DNA of 63,840 nt, the filler included, from Octopus bimaculoides (taxonomy: Eukaryota): the NCBI RefSeq assembly GCF_001194135.2. It is 4 parts of 3 records of this genome, joined end to end, with 100 filler letters (N's around TTAATTAATTAA, not from the genome) between each part and the next. Parts side by side here need not be neighbours in the genome. Positions count along the whole stretch, not along the records: positions 49,158 to 62,015 come from NC_068984.1; positions 62,116 to 63,840 come from NC_068993.1; 2 more parts are not named here. One strand, given 5' to 3'. The notes under the pieces were generated by a model that ran no database searches, was not told the DNA's origin, and saw nothing but the letters and a program-made list of their open reading frames with translations. Within the stretch, counting starts at the first letter, position 1, and each line of letters begins with the position of its first letter. Below are positions 53,286 through 63,840 of the stretch, piece by piece. The position numbers and the translations under genes are program-made.

Positions 53286-53354
53286 TATCTGATGAATCCA
53301 TGCAGTGGACAAGTATGACTTCATTTCCAGCTCGGTGGATGTGCTGACAATACC
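53286..53354 (-). CDS. USP gene internal exon (69 nt, phase 1 to 1)
   Basis: tcttgttttaatacag|GG TAT TGT...GAT A|gtaagt. Encodes (W)YCQHIHRAGNEVILVHCMDSSD, matching the animal USP segment W-Y...H-R-x-G-x-E-V-I-L-V-H. In frame with the next exon. Confidence 0.88.
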
Positions 53355-54003
53355 CTGTATTAAAACAAGATGAAACATAAAATTATAAGGAGAATTCATG
53401 AAACGTATATATGTGTATGTGTGTGCGTGTGTAGTGGTAGTGGTAGAAGAAGAAGAAGAAGAAGAAGAAGAAGAAGAAGAAGAAGAAGAAGAAGAAGAAG
53501 AAGAAGAAAATGGTAGGTTTTTTTTGTTTGTTTTATACGCAAAAGAGAAAGATCACAGAAGAAAATTGATAAATTTCCATCAAAGTACAATAACAGCCAA
53601 ATCATTCTCAAATCATACTCTACCATATTAAAATTGAGAGAGCACGTAGCGTAACGTAGTCCTAAATACGTAATGGTTGAAAAAAAAAAGGAGGGTCTGA
53701 TCATGTTTGTGATAAATTTGTTCGTAAGAATACTTCCTCAGAGCTGCCCTGTTCTATAATCAACAACAACAAAAACTTATACAAATCAGAATTACAATTG
53801 CCTCTCAGTAATCGCGTACACACATACACACTCACATAAACATTACAACAAAATGCTCAAGTTTGGAGAATATAAGCGCAAACATAAATATGCGTGTGCA
53901 CTCTCACAAAATCACACACATTCACACACACACATACTCACACACACACACACACACCCTATCTCTTCCGCTCTCTTTCTCTCTCCCTCTCTCTCTCTCT
54001 CTT

Positions 54004-54036
<33 letters not shown>

Positions 54037-54512
54037 TTCACTCTCTCTCTCACACACACACATACACACACACACACAGGATTTTCAAAAGTAGGGCAAA
54101 GACTAGACACACACGTGAAATTCCTTGGTCAGAACAAGACAGAAAATGAAGGACAGCGTAGTCAGGGCAATACGTTTTCTATTGATATATTTGATACTTT
54201 TGTAAATATGTAAATGATTTAATGGGTCCCCCAAAAGAGAAATCGAAGAAGCTACTATCACTACTGATTACTTTTTCATATTTGTTGTACCGGTGATGAG
54301 GTTTTTATTTGTATCTTTCATGCTTTTGTCCAAAATATAACTATTCCTCAGTCCAGGGGTTAGCTTCTCTTATAATACTATCATTGTTATAAACAGTTCT
54401 CACCTACTTTAACTTCTTCAGCTCCACAAAGTTTCCTTCGGTAACTGAAAAGGTTAGAAATCCACAATAACAAAAGGTTACTGACATTCAATAAGAAGTT
54501 GATTTGACATAT

Positions 54513-55000
54513 GTTCAAGTATCCTTGAATGAAATTGAGATTCAAAGTGTTATTTTCGAAGAAGATAAATATTCGCCGCTTCTATATGTTATCGTTTATA
54601 TCGCTGTCTTTTCGTATTATGAAAGTGAAAAATCAAGGAACCAAAATAATGAAAGAATCAATCATTCATGGACAATTTCATAATTTATTTTAGAAGCAAC
54701 AAAAGGATCGATTCTTAGATACAGTTTGATATAGAATAGTGCCGTGAAACATTTCATTATCAAATGCACAATATCTTTTTTTACAAAGAGAAGGAAAAGG
54801 TGAAGAAGACTGACATCTGAGCGTACATCAGATTGATAGAATAAAGTAGATGTAAATGAAAAAAACCGAAGAGGAATACAAGATGACGGTCAGGAAGATC
54901 ATACGAACAAAACAACAAGGAGGGAAAAATATTAAAAGACTGGGCACCTGAGCGATGCCATTATTGATATATTCTTCAGCTTTTCTTTTGTAAATAGAAA
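54513..55000 (+). mobile_element. Highly decayed R4/Dong-like RT relic
   Basis: IQSVIFEEDKYSPLLYVI resembles the GIFQGDSLSPLLF RT motif. A similar relic lies at ~56330-56800 (GGLKRETD). Confidence 0.4.
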
Positions 55001-55129
55001 AACAAACTCTATGAAGTGAAAAGATATCAAAAACAAGCTATTAATAATGCATCACAGATTGTACCTATACAGCGACGTCAGCAAATTATATATAAGGTTA
55101 CTGACATTCAATAAGAAGTTGATTTGACA

Positions 55130-55150
55130 TATATATATATATATATATAC

Positions 55151-55213
<63 letters not shown>

Positions 55214-55310
55214 CAGACATACATACATACATACATACATACATACATACATACATACATACATACATACATACATAAATACATACATACATACATACAT
55301 ACATACCCCT
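55130..55310. repeat. Compound microsatellite (TA)n(GATA)n(GACA)(CATA)n
   Basis: Direct reading. Many other (TA)n, (CA)n, (GA)n and (TAA)n tracts occur across the window. Confidence 0.9.
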
Positions 55311-55376
55311 CGCACGCACACATACACACACACACATACACATGCGCAAATATAATTATTTTTAAAATGAGAATAA

Positions 55377-55428
55377 TATTGACAGTGACTTCGAAGAATT
55401 GGCCGAAACTTCGAAGTCGCTGTCAATA
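55377..55428. repeat. 20-bp inverted repeat with 12-nt spacer
   Basis: TATTGACAGTGACTTCGAAG / CTTCGAAGTCGCTGTCAATA, with one G-T position. Confidence 0.9.
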
Positions 55429-55674
55429 ATTTTGTTTAACAATAATTTGTACTCTACAAAAGTATAGAGTAACTTCAAATTAATGTAAAATTGTTTTTAC
55501 CATAACTGAACATAAAAACAAACATTAACATATGCGTCTGTTGATCTGTCTGTGTGTATATAGGGAGGAGTGTGTGTGTATATAGGGAGGAGTGTGTGTG
55601 TGTATAGGGAGGAGTGTGTGTGTATGCGTGTATAAACATATGTACATATGTCATATGTGTGTGTGTGTTGTTGT

Positions 55675-56054
55675 TGGCACTCCGTCGGTTGCGACGACGA
55701 GGGTTCCAGTTGATCCGATCAACGGAACAGCCTGCTCGTGAAATTAACGTACAAGTGGCTGAGCACTCCACAGACACATGTACCCTTAACGTAGTTCTCG
55801 GGGATATTCAGCGTGACACAGTGTGACAAGGCTGACCCTTTTGAATTACAGGCACAACAGAAACAGGAAGTAAGAGTGAGAGAAAGTTGTGATGAAAGAG
55901 TACAGCAGGGTTCGCCACCATCCCCTGCCGGAGCCTCGTGGAGCTTTAGGTGTTTTCGCTCAATAAACACTCATAACACCCGGTATGGGAATCGAAACCG
56001 CGATCCTATGACTGCGAGTCCGCTGCCCTAACCACTGGGTCATTGCGCCTCCAC
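55675..56054 (-). mobile_element. tRNA-derived SINE (family C), full length
   Basis: Head GTGGAGGCGCAATGACCCAGTGGTTAGGGCAGCGGACTCGC...GGTTTCGATTCCC. Further copies at 59653-59997 and 61088-61212 (head only). Confidence 0.87.
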
Positions 56055-56119
56055 AATGTGTATATATATGTGAATACACACAGTGTGTGTGTATACACAT
56101 ATATATACGCGTGTATGCA

Positions 56120-56156
<37 letters not shown>

Positions 56157-56885
56157 GTAATACATTCATATATATGCACATGTATATAGTATAACCTACA
56201 TACATACATACATACATACATACATACATGCATGCATGCATGCATGCATCAAAGGGATAGGCATATACAGTGTAAAGGACACAGTACACTTGAGAATAGT
56301 TGTATGACTAGAGATAGTTTTCAAGAAAGGAGAGGGAAAGCTTTCATGAGTTGCAACACAAAGATCAATCACGAAAACGAAGACACAGAAAAGAAAATTA
56401 CCGAAAAAATAATAACTTAGACAACTGAACTACAAAGGAAATGTATTACACGGGCTTCTTGCCAAGCAAATAGAAGACATAACAGGAGTTCACAAGGGGC
56501 TTAGATGAAATATGGAGGACTGAAGAGAGAAACAGATACCGTTATCATGCCAATGATTATGGAACTTAACAAATTACTGTTTCGGATGTGTAGCAATTAC
56601 GAGAGTCAATAATGTAATCGGTAAATATATAATGATCGCACAAAGAATTATATAAAAGAATACACGGTGGTATATGGTAAGCGATACTTTGTGACGTTAC
56701 TAGAAAATGTGAATCAAAGTAGAAGCGGAATGAAATGGTATTAGACGGTAGTTGTTATTGAAAAATTAGTATTACGGGGTCATTTGTTTTTCTTGGATTT
56801 CTCAGTGCAAACTGATCATGTTATTGTGGTAAGGAAACTAAATGTATCTAAAATATAGAGCACAAAAACTATGTAAATTCAAACA

Positions 56886-57044
56886 GGCATGGCTGTGCGG
56901 TTAAAAAGCTCTCTTTGCAACTTCTTGGTTTCGGGTTCAGTCCCACTGCGGGGAACCTTGAGCAAGCCTCTGCTAATATAGCCACGAGGCGACCAATGCC
57001 TTGTGTGTAAATTTGGTAAACGGAAACTGTGTGGAAGCCGTCGG

Positions 57045-57085
<41 letters not shown>

Positions 57086-57310
57086 TATGTGTGTGTACCT
57101 GTGTGTATGTGTGTGTGTTTGTCCCCTACTGCTTAACAACTGGTGCTGGTTTATTTACATCTTTGTAGCATAGCGGTTCCGCAAAATGGAAAGATAGAAT
57201 AAGTATCAGATTGAAAAAAAGAAAACAAGTGTTCGACTACACTCCTCAAGGCGGTGCCCTAGCATGGCCGCAGTCCAATGATGGGAGCAATTGAAATATA
57301 AAAGATAAAA
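56886..57310 (+). mobile_element. SINE family A copy
   Basis: GGCATGGCTGTGCGG...GGGTTCAGTCCCACTGCG head and TAAAAGA tail. Confidence 0.82.
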
Positions 57311-57389
57311 GATGTAAATTCAAACCAAAGTTGTCCGCATTCCGGACATTCAGTATTATCAAAACATAATGTATGTGTGTGTATGTGTA

Positions 57390-57502
<113 letters not shown>

Positions 57503-57849
57503 ACATTATCAAGGTAGAAAATTACCATGCAGAGCTGAAGGAAACGGCACCCGGTAAATATTGTGAAGTGTCAACACCAGACAAGTTGAGAAATTTCAAA
57601 TAATGAGACCGAAAGTGGTTTCTGTCGTCATGGTAACACTGGGAACCACACCAAAAAGAATCAACTGATTGAGAGACAGTCCAACGGAGATGCGAATGTA
57701 AGAGTTACAGATATTGTGTGTCATGCTCTATGTGAAAATGGCCTTGAATATAGAGGAAATAATTTTTTATTTTTGGGGTAAATATAAAAGATGAAGGCAA
57801 GGCTATGGTGATTTTATAAACGTGAAACTTTGATACGTTTAAAAATAAT

Positions 57850-59129
57850 TGATGTTGATAATGATGATCAGGATGATCGTGATGGTGGTGGTAATCATTA
57901 TGGTGGTCGTCGTGAGGATGATGAAGATGATGATGATGATGATGATGATGATGATAATGAGAAGTGGGAGGAGGATAGTGGTAGTGATGCTGCTGATGAT
58001 GATGAGGAGGAGGAGGAAGAAGAAGTGGAAGAAGAGGAGGAAGAAGAGGAGGAGGAGGAGGAGGAGGAAGAGGAGGAGGAAGAAGTAGAAGAGGAGGAGG
58101 AAGAAGAAGAGGAGGAAGAAGAAGTGGAGGAAGAAGTGGAGGAAGAAGAGGAGGAGGAAGAANNNNNNNNNNNNNNNNNNNNNNNNNNNNNNNNNNNNNN
58201 NNNNNNNNNNNNNNNNNNNNNNNNNNNNNNNNNNNNNNNNNNNNNNNNNNNNNNNNNNNNNNNNNNNNNNNNNNNNNNNNNNNNNNNNNNNNNNNNNNNN
58301 NNNNNNNNNNNNNNNNNNNNNNNNNNNNNNNNNNNNNNNNNNNNNNNNNNNNNNNNNNNNNNNNNNNNNNNNNNNNNNNNNNNNNNNNNNNNNNNNNNNN
58401 NNNNNNNNNNNNNNNNNNNNNNNNNNNNNNNNNNNNNNNNNNNNNNNNNNNNNNNNNNNNNNNNNNNNNNNNNNNNNNNNNNNNNNNNNNNNNNNNNNNN
58501 NNNNNNNNNNNNNNNNNNNNNNNNNNNNTGGAAGAAGAGGAGGAAGAAGAGGAGGAGGAGGAGGAGGAGGAAGAGGAGGAGGAAGAAGTAGAAGAGGAGG
58601 AGGAAGAAGAAGAGGAGGAAGAAGAAGTGGAGGAAGAAGTGGAGGAAGAAGAGGAGGAGGAAGAAGTAGAGGAGGAAGAAGAAGAGGAGGAAGAAGGGGA
58701 GGAAGAAGAAGGGGAAGAAGAGGAGGAAGAGGAGGGAGAAAAGGAGGAGGAAGAAGAGGAGGAGGAGGAAGAAGAGGAAGAAGAAGAGGAGGAAGAAGAG
58801 GAAGAAGAGNNNNNNNNNNNNNNNNNNNNNNNNNNNNNNNNNNNNNNNNNNNNNNNNNNNNNNNNNNNNNNNNNNNNNNNNNNNNNNAGAAGAAGGGGAA
58901 GAAGAGGAGGAAGAGGAGGGAGAAAAGGAGGAGGAAGAAGAGGAGGAGGAGGAAGAAGAGGAAGAAGAAGAGGAGGAAGAAGAGGAAGAAGAGGGGGAGG
59001 AAGAAGAGGTGGAAGAAGAGGAGGAAGAAGAGGAGGAAGAAGAGGAGGAAGAAGAGGAGGAAGAAGAAGAGGAGGACATTGGTGGTGATGGCGTTGGTGG
59101 TGATGATGATAATGAGGAGGGGGGATGGC

Positions 59130-59161
<32 letters not shown>

Positions 59162-59165
59162 GGAT
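57850..59165. repeat. (GAT)n and (GAG/GAA)n low-complexity tract with gaps
   Basis: Direct reading. Blocks are repeated across the gaps. Confidence 0.9.
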
Positions 59166-59652
59166 GTGAAGCTGCAAATGAGTAGACTAGAAATAACATT
59201 TCTGCAAAAGAAGCAAGCTTTCGCTGTCTTTGGAATGTATCAACGAAAAGGAAATGTCAGCCGGCTGTAGTGCCACATACATTACAGAAGTGGAGAGAGA
59301 ACGCTTAAGTAAATAGCAATGCAATATGACATTGCACTGAAGAAACAACTCTTATCAGTTTACTCAACGTGTACTAATGTGTTTAGTCAAAGATTACCAG
59401 AATCTGCCAAACATTTCTTCTATTCTTCAGTTGGGACATTACAATAACTTGACAATCGAGAGGAAGACAGTTCGGCTGGCATACCAGCAGCTTCGAAACT
59501 ACTGGTGAATAATAACTCTTTCTAATTTTGGTACAAGGTCAGCAGTTTTGAGGGGAAGAGTAAGTTAGTTACATCAACCCAAGTGCGTGAAGGTAGTTTA
59601 TTTTATCGACCCGAATGGATGAAAGTGAATTCGTGTAGCTGGCCTAGTGGTT

Positions 59653-59997
59653 GCCACTCCGTCGCTTACGACGTCGAGGGTCCCAGCTGATCCGATCAAC
59701 GGAACAGCCTACTCGTGAAATTAACGTGCAAATGGCTGAGCACTCCACAGATACGTGTACTTTTAACGTAGTTCTCGGAGATATTCAGCGTGACACAGTG
59801 TGACAAGGCTGACCCTTTGAAATACAGGCACAACAGAAACAGGAAGTAAGGATGAGAGAAAGTTGTGGTGAAAGAGTACAGCAGGGTTCACCACCATCTC
59901 CTGCCGGAGCCTCGTGGAGCTTTAGGTGTTTTCACTCAAACCGCGATCCTATGACCGCGAGTCCGCTGCCCTAACCACTAGGCCATTGCGTCTCCAC
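59653..59997 (-). mobile_element. SINE family C copy inserted into another SINE head
   Basis: Flanked by a TGGCCTAGTGGTT direct repeat (59640-59652 and 60002-60014). Confidence 0.82.
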
Positions 59998-60119
59998 TGT
60001 GTGGCCTAGTGGTTAGGATGTAACATTCATGATTGCGAGATCGTAGTTTTAAATTCCCAGATCGGGCGGTGCGTTGTGTTCTCGAGCAAAGTGAATAATA
60101 TCAATGCTTATTTTTATTA

Positions 60120-60400
60120 AGAAAAGCATCGATAGGCGAACTTTTGCATAACCAGTCTTTCAGATCTCTGGAACATAAACGTATGCGTGGAGATTTATTA
60201 AGTGTGTAGAAGTGTATTGTGTTAAGGGTGTACAAAAGAAAGTGTTGTAATAGTACGGAAAAAAAACCTGTCAATATATCAAACCATCACAAATATTTTT
60301 CAGTTCTAAAGAAACGTGAAACTTAGGCTTTGTAGTTTATATTTATGCCCTGAACTCAATATCCAATATTAAATAAATCGGATTATGCATCACGACATAA
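60120..60400 (+). mobile_element. Possible CR1/L2-type LINE 3' relic
   Basis: LEHKRMRGDLLSV resembles the LExRRLRGDLI motif. Confidence 0.4.
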
Positions 60401-61489
60401 TCACGTTGGCCAATAATTTTCATACACAGTACGCAAAGACACAAACAAAAATCAATACTGAAAGAGAGAAATATGCTCCAAAGCCTGTGATAAACCATGA
60501 CTAGCATATCATGATTACTGATAGAATTACCGGTGACAATACGCTTGATATTGTGCTTGAATTTCTAGTAATAATTACCTACTATAGATATTAAAAGTCA
60601 CTATACAATCAGATATTAATCTTGCATACATACAAATTGAAAAAATAAACAAATACAAAGAGTTTTAGCTGGATGTATTAACAATGTGATGATGGAGAAC
60701 AAAAGTAATCTCACTTTTATACAGAGTCTTGGTAATTCTGAGCTAGGAATTATGAACAAGATGCAACTTTATAATCCCCGCAGGTTCCCTGAGTACATCC
60801 CATACAATATGGAAACTACTAATATTGATATCAAATTTTAGCACAAGGCCAGAAATTTTGGTTGAGAGGTTAAGTCGATTACATCCACCCCAATGCTGAA
60901 CTGGTACGTCTTTTATCAACACAGAAAGAATGAAAGGTAAAGTCGACCTCGGCGGAATTTGAACTCAGAACGTGAAACATTTTGCTAGTTTGCCGCCTTG
61001 GACATGACTAATACTGGTTTCAAATTTTGGCACAAAACAAGTAATTTTGAGGAGGGGAATAGTCGACTGGTACTTAATTTATCGACCGGAGCCTCGTGGA
61101 GCTTTAGGTGTTTTCGCTCAATAAACACTCACAACGCCCGGTCTGGGAATCGAAACCGCGATCCCATGACCGCGAGTCCGCTGCCCTAACCACTTGGCCA
61201 TTGCGCCTCCACACACACACACACACACACNNNNNNNNNNNNNNNNNNNNNNNNNNNNNNNNNNNNNNNNNNNNNNNNNNNNNNNNNNNNNNNNNNNNNN
61301 NNNNNNNNNNNNNNNNNNNNNNNNNNNNNNNNNNNNNNNNNNNNNNNNNNNNNNNNNNNNNNNNNNNNNNNNNNNNNNNNNNNNNNNNNNNNNNNNNNNN
61401 NNNNNNNNNNNNNNNNNNNNNNNNNNNNNNNNNNNNNNNNNNNNNNNNNNNNNATATATATATATATATATATACAAATAATAACAACA

Positions 61490-61625
61490 GACGAGGACAG
61501 GTGGTGTAAATAACAAAAGGATATATTAGTATGACGCTCGGGAATACGGAAAGTCTTTGACGTTTCGAGCTACGCTCTTCAACAGAAAGAATACGGAGAC
61601 AAGGAGAAAAACATGATAAAAACAA
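61490..61625 (-). mobile_element. Short non-coding pLTR-like element containing the hammerhead variant
   Basis: No ORF. Contains the CUGUUGA/GAAAC-GUC motif and abuts a (TA)n tract. Confidence 0.45.
61554..61590 (-). ncRNA. Minimal hammerhead-like motif with A6U core variant
   Basis: Minus strand reads TCTTT-CTGTTGA-A-GAGC-GTA-GCTC-GAAA-C-GTC-AAAGA. Perfect 5-bp stem I, 4-bp stem II and ACGT palindrome as stem III, but CUGUUGA replaces CUGANGA. Confidence 0.55.
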
Positions 61626-61960
61626 AAACATGAAATGAAATAGATATATAAAGATTAATTGATGTAGTACTTCATTTACGACTATGCAATGCATTCCTAA
61701 CAAGATATTTCTCCTCCCTTGCAGATAAAATAAACAATAAAAACGATACATTCGTACTATGTATGTATGTATGTATGTATGGGATGTATGATGAATGAAT
61801 TAATAGGCTATGTTGCATAAATTGAATAGCTTTGTGTTCGCGTCTGCTCATATAAATGCTTATGTATTTGCGTCAGTAAAATAACAAAATAAGAGAATAA
61901 AACTACTTACACACTCTTTTACACATAGCTACATGGGCACACGTATACACATGGGTGTAT

Positions 61961-62015
<55 letters not shown>

Positions 62016-62352
62016 NNNNNNNNNNNNNNNNNNNNNNNNNNNNNNNNNNNNNNNNNNNNTTAATTAATTAANNNNNNNNNNNNNNNNNNNNNNNNNNNNN
62101 NNNNNNNNNNNNNNNCATATCCTACGTAAAATACTGTCTATGTGATCTCAAATTTTAAAGCAAACACATAATTTTCTTATGGTTTCTTAAACATTCACTT
62201 GAACAAAACTGTACAAATCCAAATATATGGTACCCTAGGCATAACACCTACATGAACCTCTAACTTGTTGTCTCTTGAGGTCTCTGGGTGAGACTTGGAT
62301 CCAACTTGTACAAATGCAAAACTAAAGTCAAACATAAAATAATAATAATAAC

Positions 62353-62421
<69 letters not shown>

Positions 62422-62449
62422 TATTATTATTATTATTATTATTGTTACT

Positions 62450-62800
62450 ATTATTGAGTGAAAGAGCAGTGCATGCCATCTTAGTGACACTGGAGTAAAA
62501 TATAGGAAGCCTAGTATACCCATCGTGACCATCCGACTTATAAGGTTACACCAGGTACATGCATCACAACCATATGTGCGCGACATGATGATCTCCTATC
62601 AAGATTAAAAGCGCATGACCTTGCAGGTGAGGCCGAGTTAGAATTTTCTTCAGGTGAAGCAGCCCATCCTGTCTCTAGAGGTGAATTATCCAAACCCCAA
62701 AGAATTCCACTCAACACTACTACTTTCGCTCGTGATCAGAGGTGCACATGTCGTCAGCCACCAAATGAATGGTTAAGGTAAAATAACTGACAAGTAAATC
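62450..62800 (-). mobile_element. (AAT)n-tailed retroposon 3' fragment
   Basis: Non-coding GC-balanced block ending at an (AAT)n tract, tail to tail with a plus-strand LINE-type 3' end at ~62180-62340. Confidence 0.45.
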
Positions 62801-62905
62801 TGTTGTATTGAGCAGAATATTTGCTATAGCCTATCTTTTATACCAAGACAAAACAATGTACATGATAACACTTCCAATCAGTTCGGATCAGTTCAAATCA
62901 GTTCA

Positions 62906-62968
62906 GAATAGAGTGCCCAATAAAGCTGTGACAAACATTTTACTACAGCTTTATTGGGCACTCTATTC
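62906..62968. repeat. Perfect 24-bp inverted repeat with 15-nt spacer
   Basis: GAATAGAGTGCCCAATAAAGCTGT / ACAGCTTTATTGGGCACTCTATTC. Confidence 0.95.
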
Positions 62969-62974
62969 ACATTT

Positions 62975-63650
62975 CTTTTATACTCCTCTTGATGCCTTCT
63001 GATACTGTTTCAAATGACTCAACGATAAGTGACACAATCCATACCTACTTCATTTACAACTGTCGAGCTATCTCATATTTAAGATTGTATATATCTATAT
63101 GTTCTCCCTCATACATAAATACTCGTAGGACAAAGGGGAACACAGCATCAATTACAGAGCACACTAGGCCCGACTTCTTATGCTCAAGCAACTGATCTGA
63201 TTGCATGCAGAATCCCAGAGGAATTTCAGGTCTCTGACTCCACCACTCTCTGAGGCTTGTGTTCATACTACATGTCACGACCATTTTTCACAAACTTTCC
63301 GATGCAGCATTTTCACCACTACGTGAATTGGTTTCGGGCATGTAGAAGGCATTTACTCACAATATAGGCAATAGTTTCGTCAACTCTATTGCAGATTCAT
63401 CACAAGGAGACACTTGCTTACTCTCAAGGCTGATCCACCAATTTGTAGCCAGAGCTTGGTCCTGCGCTGTCAGTATAGTGGTCTCAGACTCTTTTTCAGT
63501 GTTTCTTTCTTCAACCAGTCCCACCTATGTTCTCTAGTGACTTTACTTGTGGCTACATGTGATTGATTGAATAGTGCTTTGCTTCGTAGAGCTTCTTCAT
63601 GTCCTTCCTGTACTTTATGCTTTGTTCCTTTTTTCCTACTTTCAATAGAA
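62975..63650 (-). mobile_element. R4/Dong-like LINE fragment related to 36230-37730
   Basis: ESETTILTAQDQALATNW and HKPQRVVESE..KFLWD remnants. Nucleotide similarity to 37140-37560. Confidence 0.8.
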
Positions 63651-63670
63651 TTATTATCATTATTATTAAA

Positions 63671-63760
<90 letters not shown>

Positions 63761-63761
63761 G

Positions 63762-63840
63762 TTCAGTAGTTTTATTTTTATAACGTGCTTTCACTTCACT
63801 ACCGAGCGCAGCTCTGTGCGCCTTGGGTATGTGCTGTGGT
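63762..63840 (-). mobile_element. 3' end of a young R4/Dong-like LINE, running off the window
   Basis: 79/79 nt identical to 28403-28481 and abuts (TAA)n. Confidence 0.9.

Noticed and set aside
55990-56054. tRNA-like sequences (A/B boxes) here and at other SINE heads
   Set aside because: They are SINE heads without a complete cloverleaf or acceptor stem. No genuine tRNA gene is supported.
57705-59199. Long poly-E / poly-S / poly-P ORFs
   Set aside because: Pure GAG/GAA microsatellite with gaps and duplicated blocks. No splice or domain evidence.
59444-59483. ATG...TAT T|gtaatg (MPAELSSSRLSSY) as USP exon 1 candidate
   Set aside because: The phase fits, but it lacks the conserved N-terminal USP strand (IAVDGS-like), so it was not accepted.

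Overview
AT-rich eukaryotic scaffold, dense in microsatellites and N-gaps. The repeat landscape looks like a cephalopod (octopus-type) genome; this is inference from the SINE, LINE and microsatellite style. Most of the window is transposon debris: tRNA-derived SINEs, RTE, R4/Dong-like and L1/Tx1 LINE fragments, Penelope-like elements (PLEs), mariner (DD34D) and maT-type (DD37D) DNA transposons, and MITEs. One host gene is well supported: a minus-strand universal stress protein (USP) gene with three frame-consistent exons (53354-53286, 52387-52302, 49704-49420); its first exon was not found in the window. The most interesting signal is a set of minimal type I hammerhead ribozyme motifs. One lies 3' of a nearly intact Penelope GIY-YIG ORF (1931-1982, minus), one lies next to a PLE relic (42105-42154, plus), and an A6U core variant lies in a short non-coding element (61554-61590, minus). 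Together they suggest a PLE/retrozyme-like ribozyme system. Most ORFs in the supplied track are low-complexity or gap artefacts. Repeat boundaries are approximate; everything was read by eye, with no searches run.
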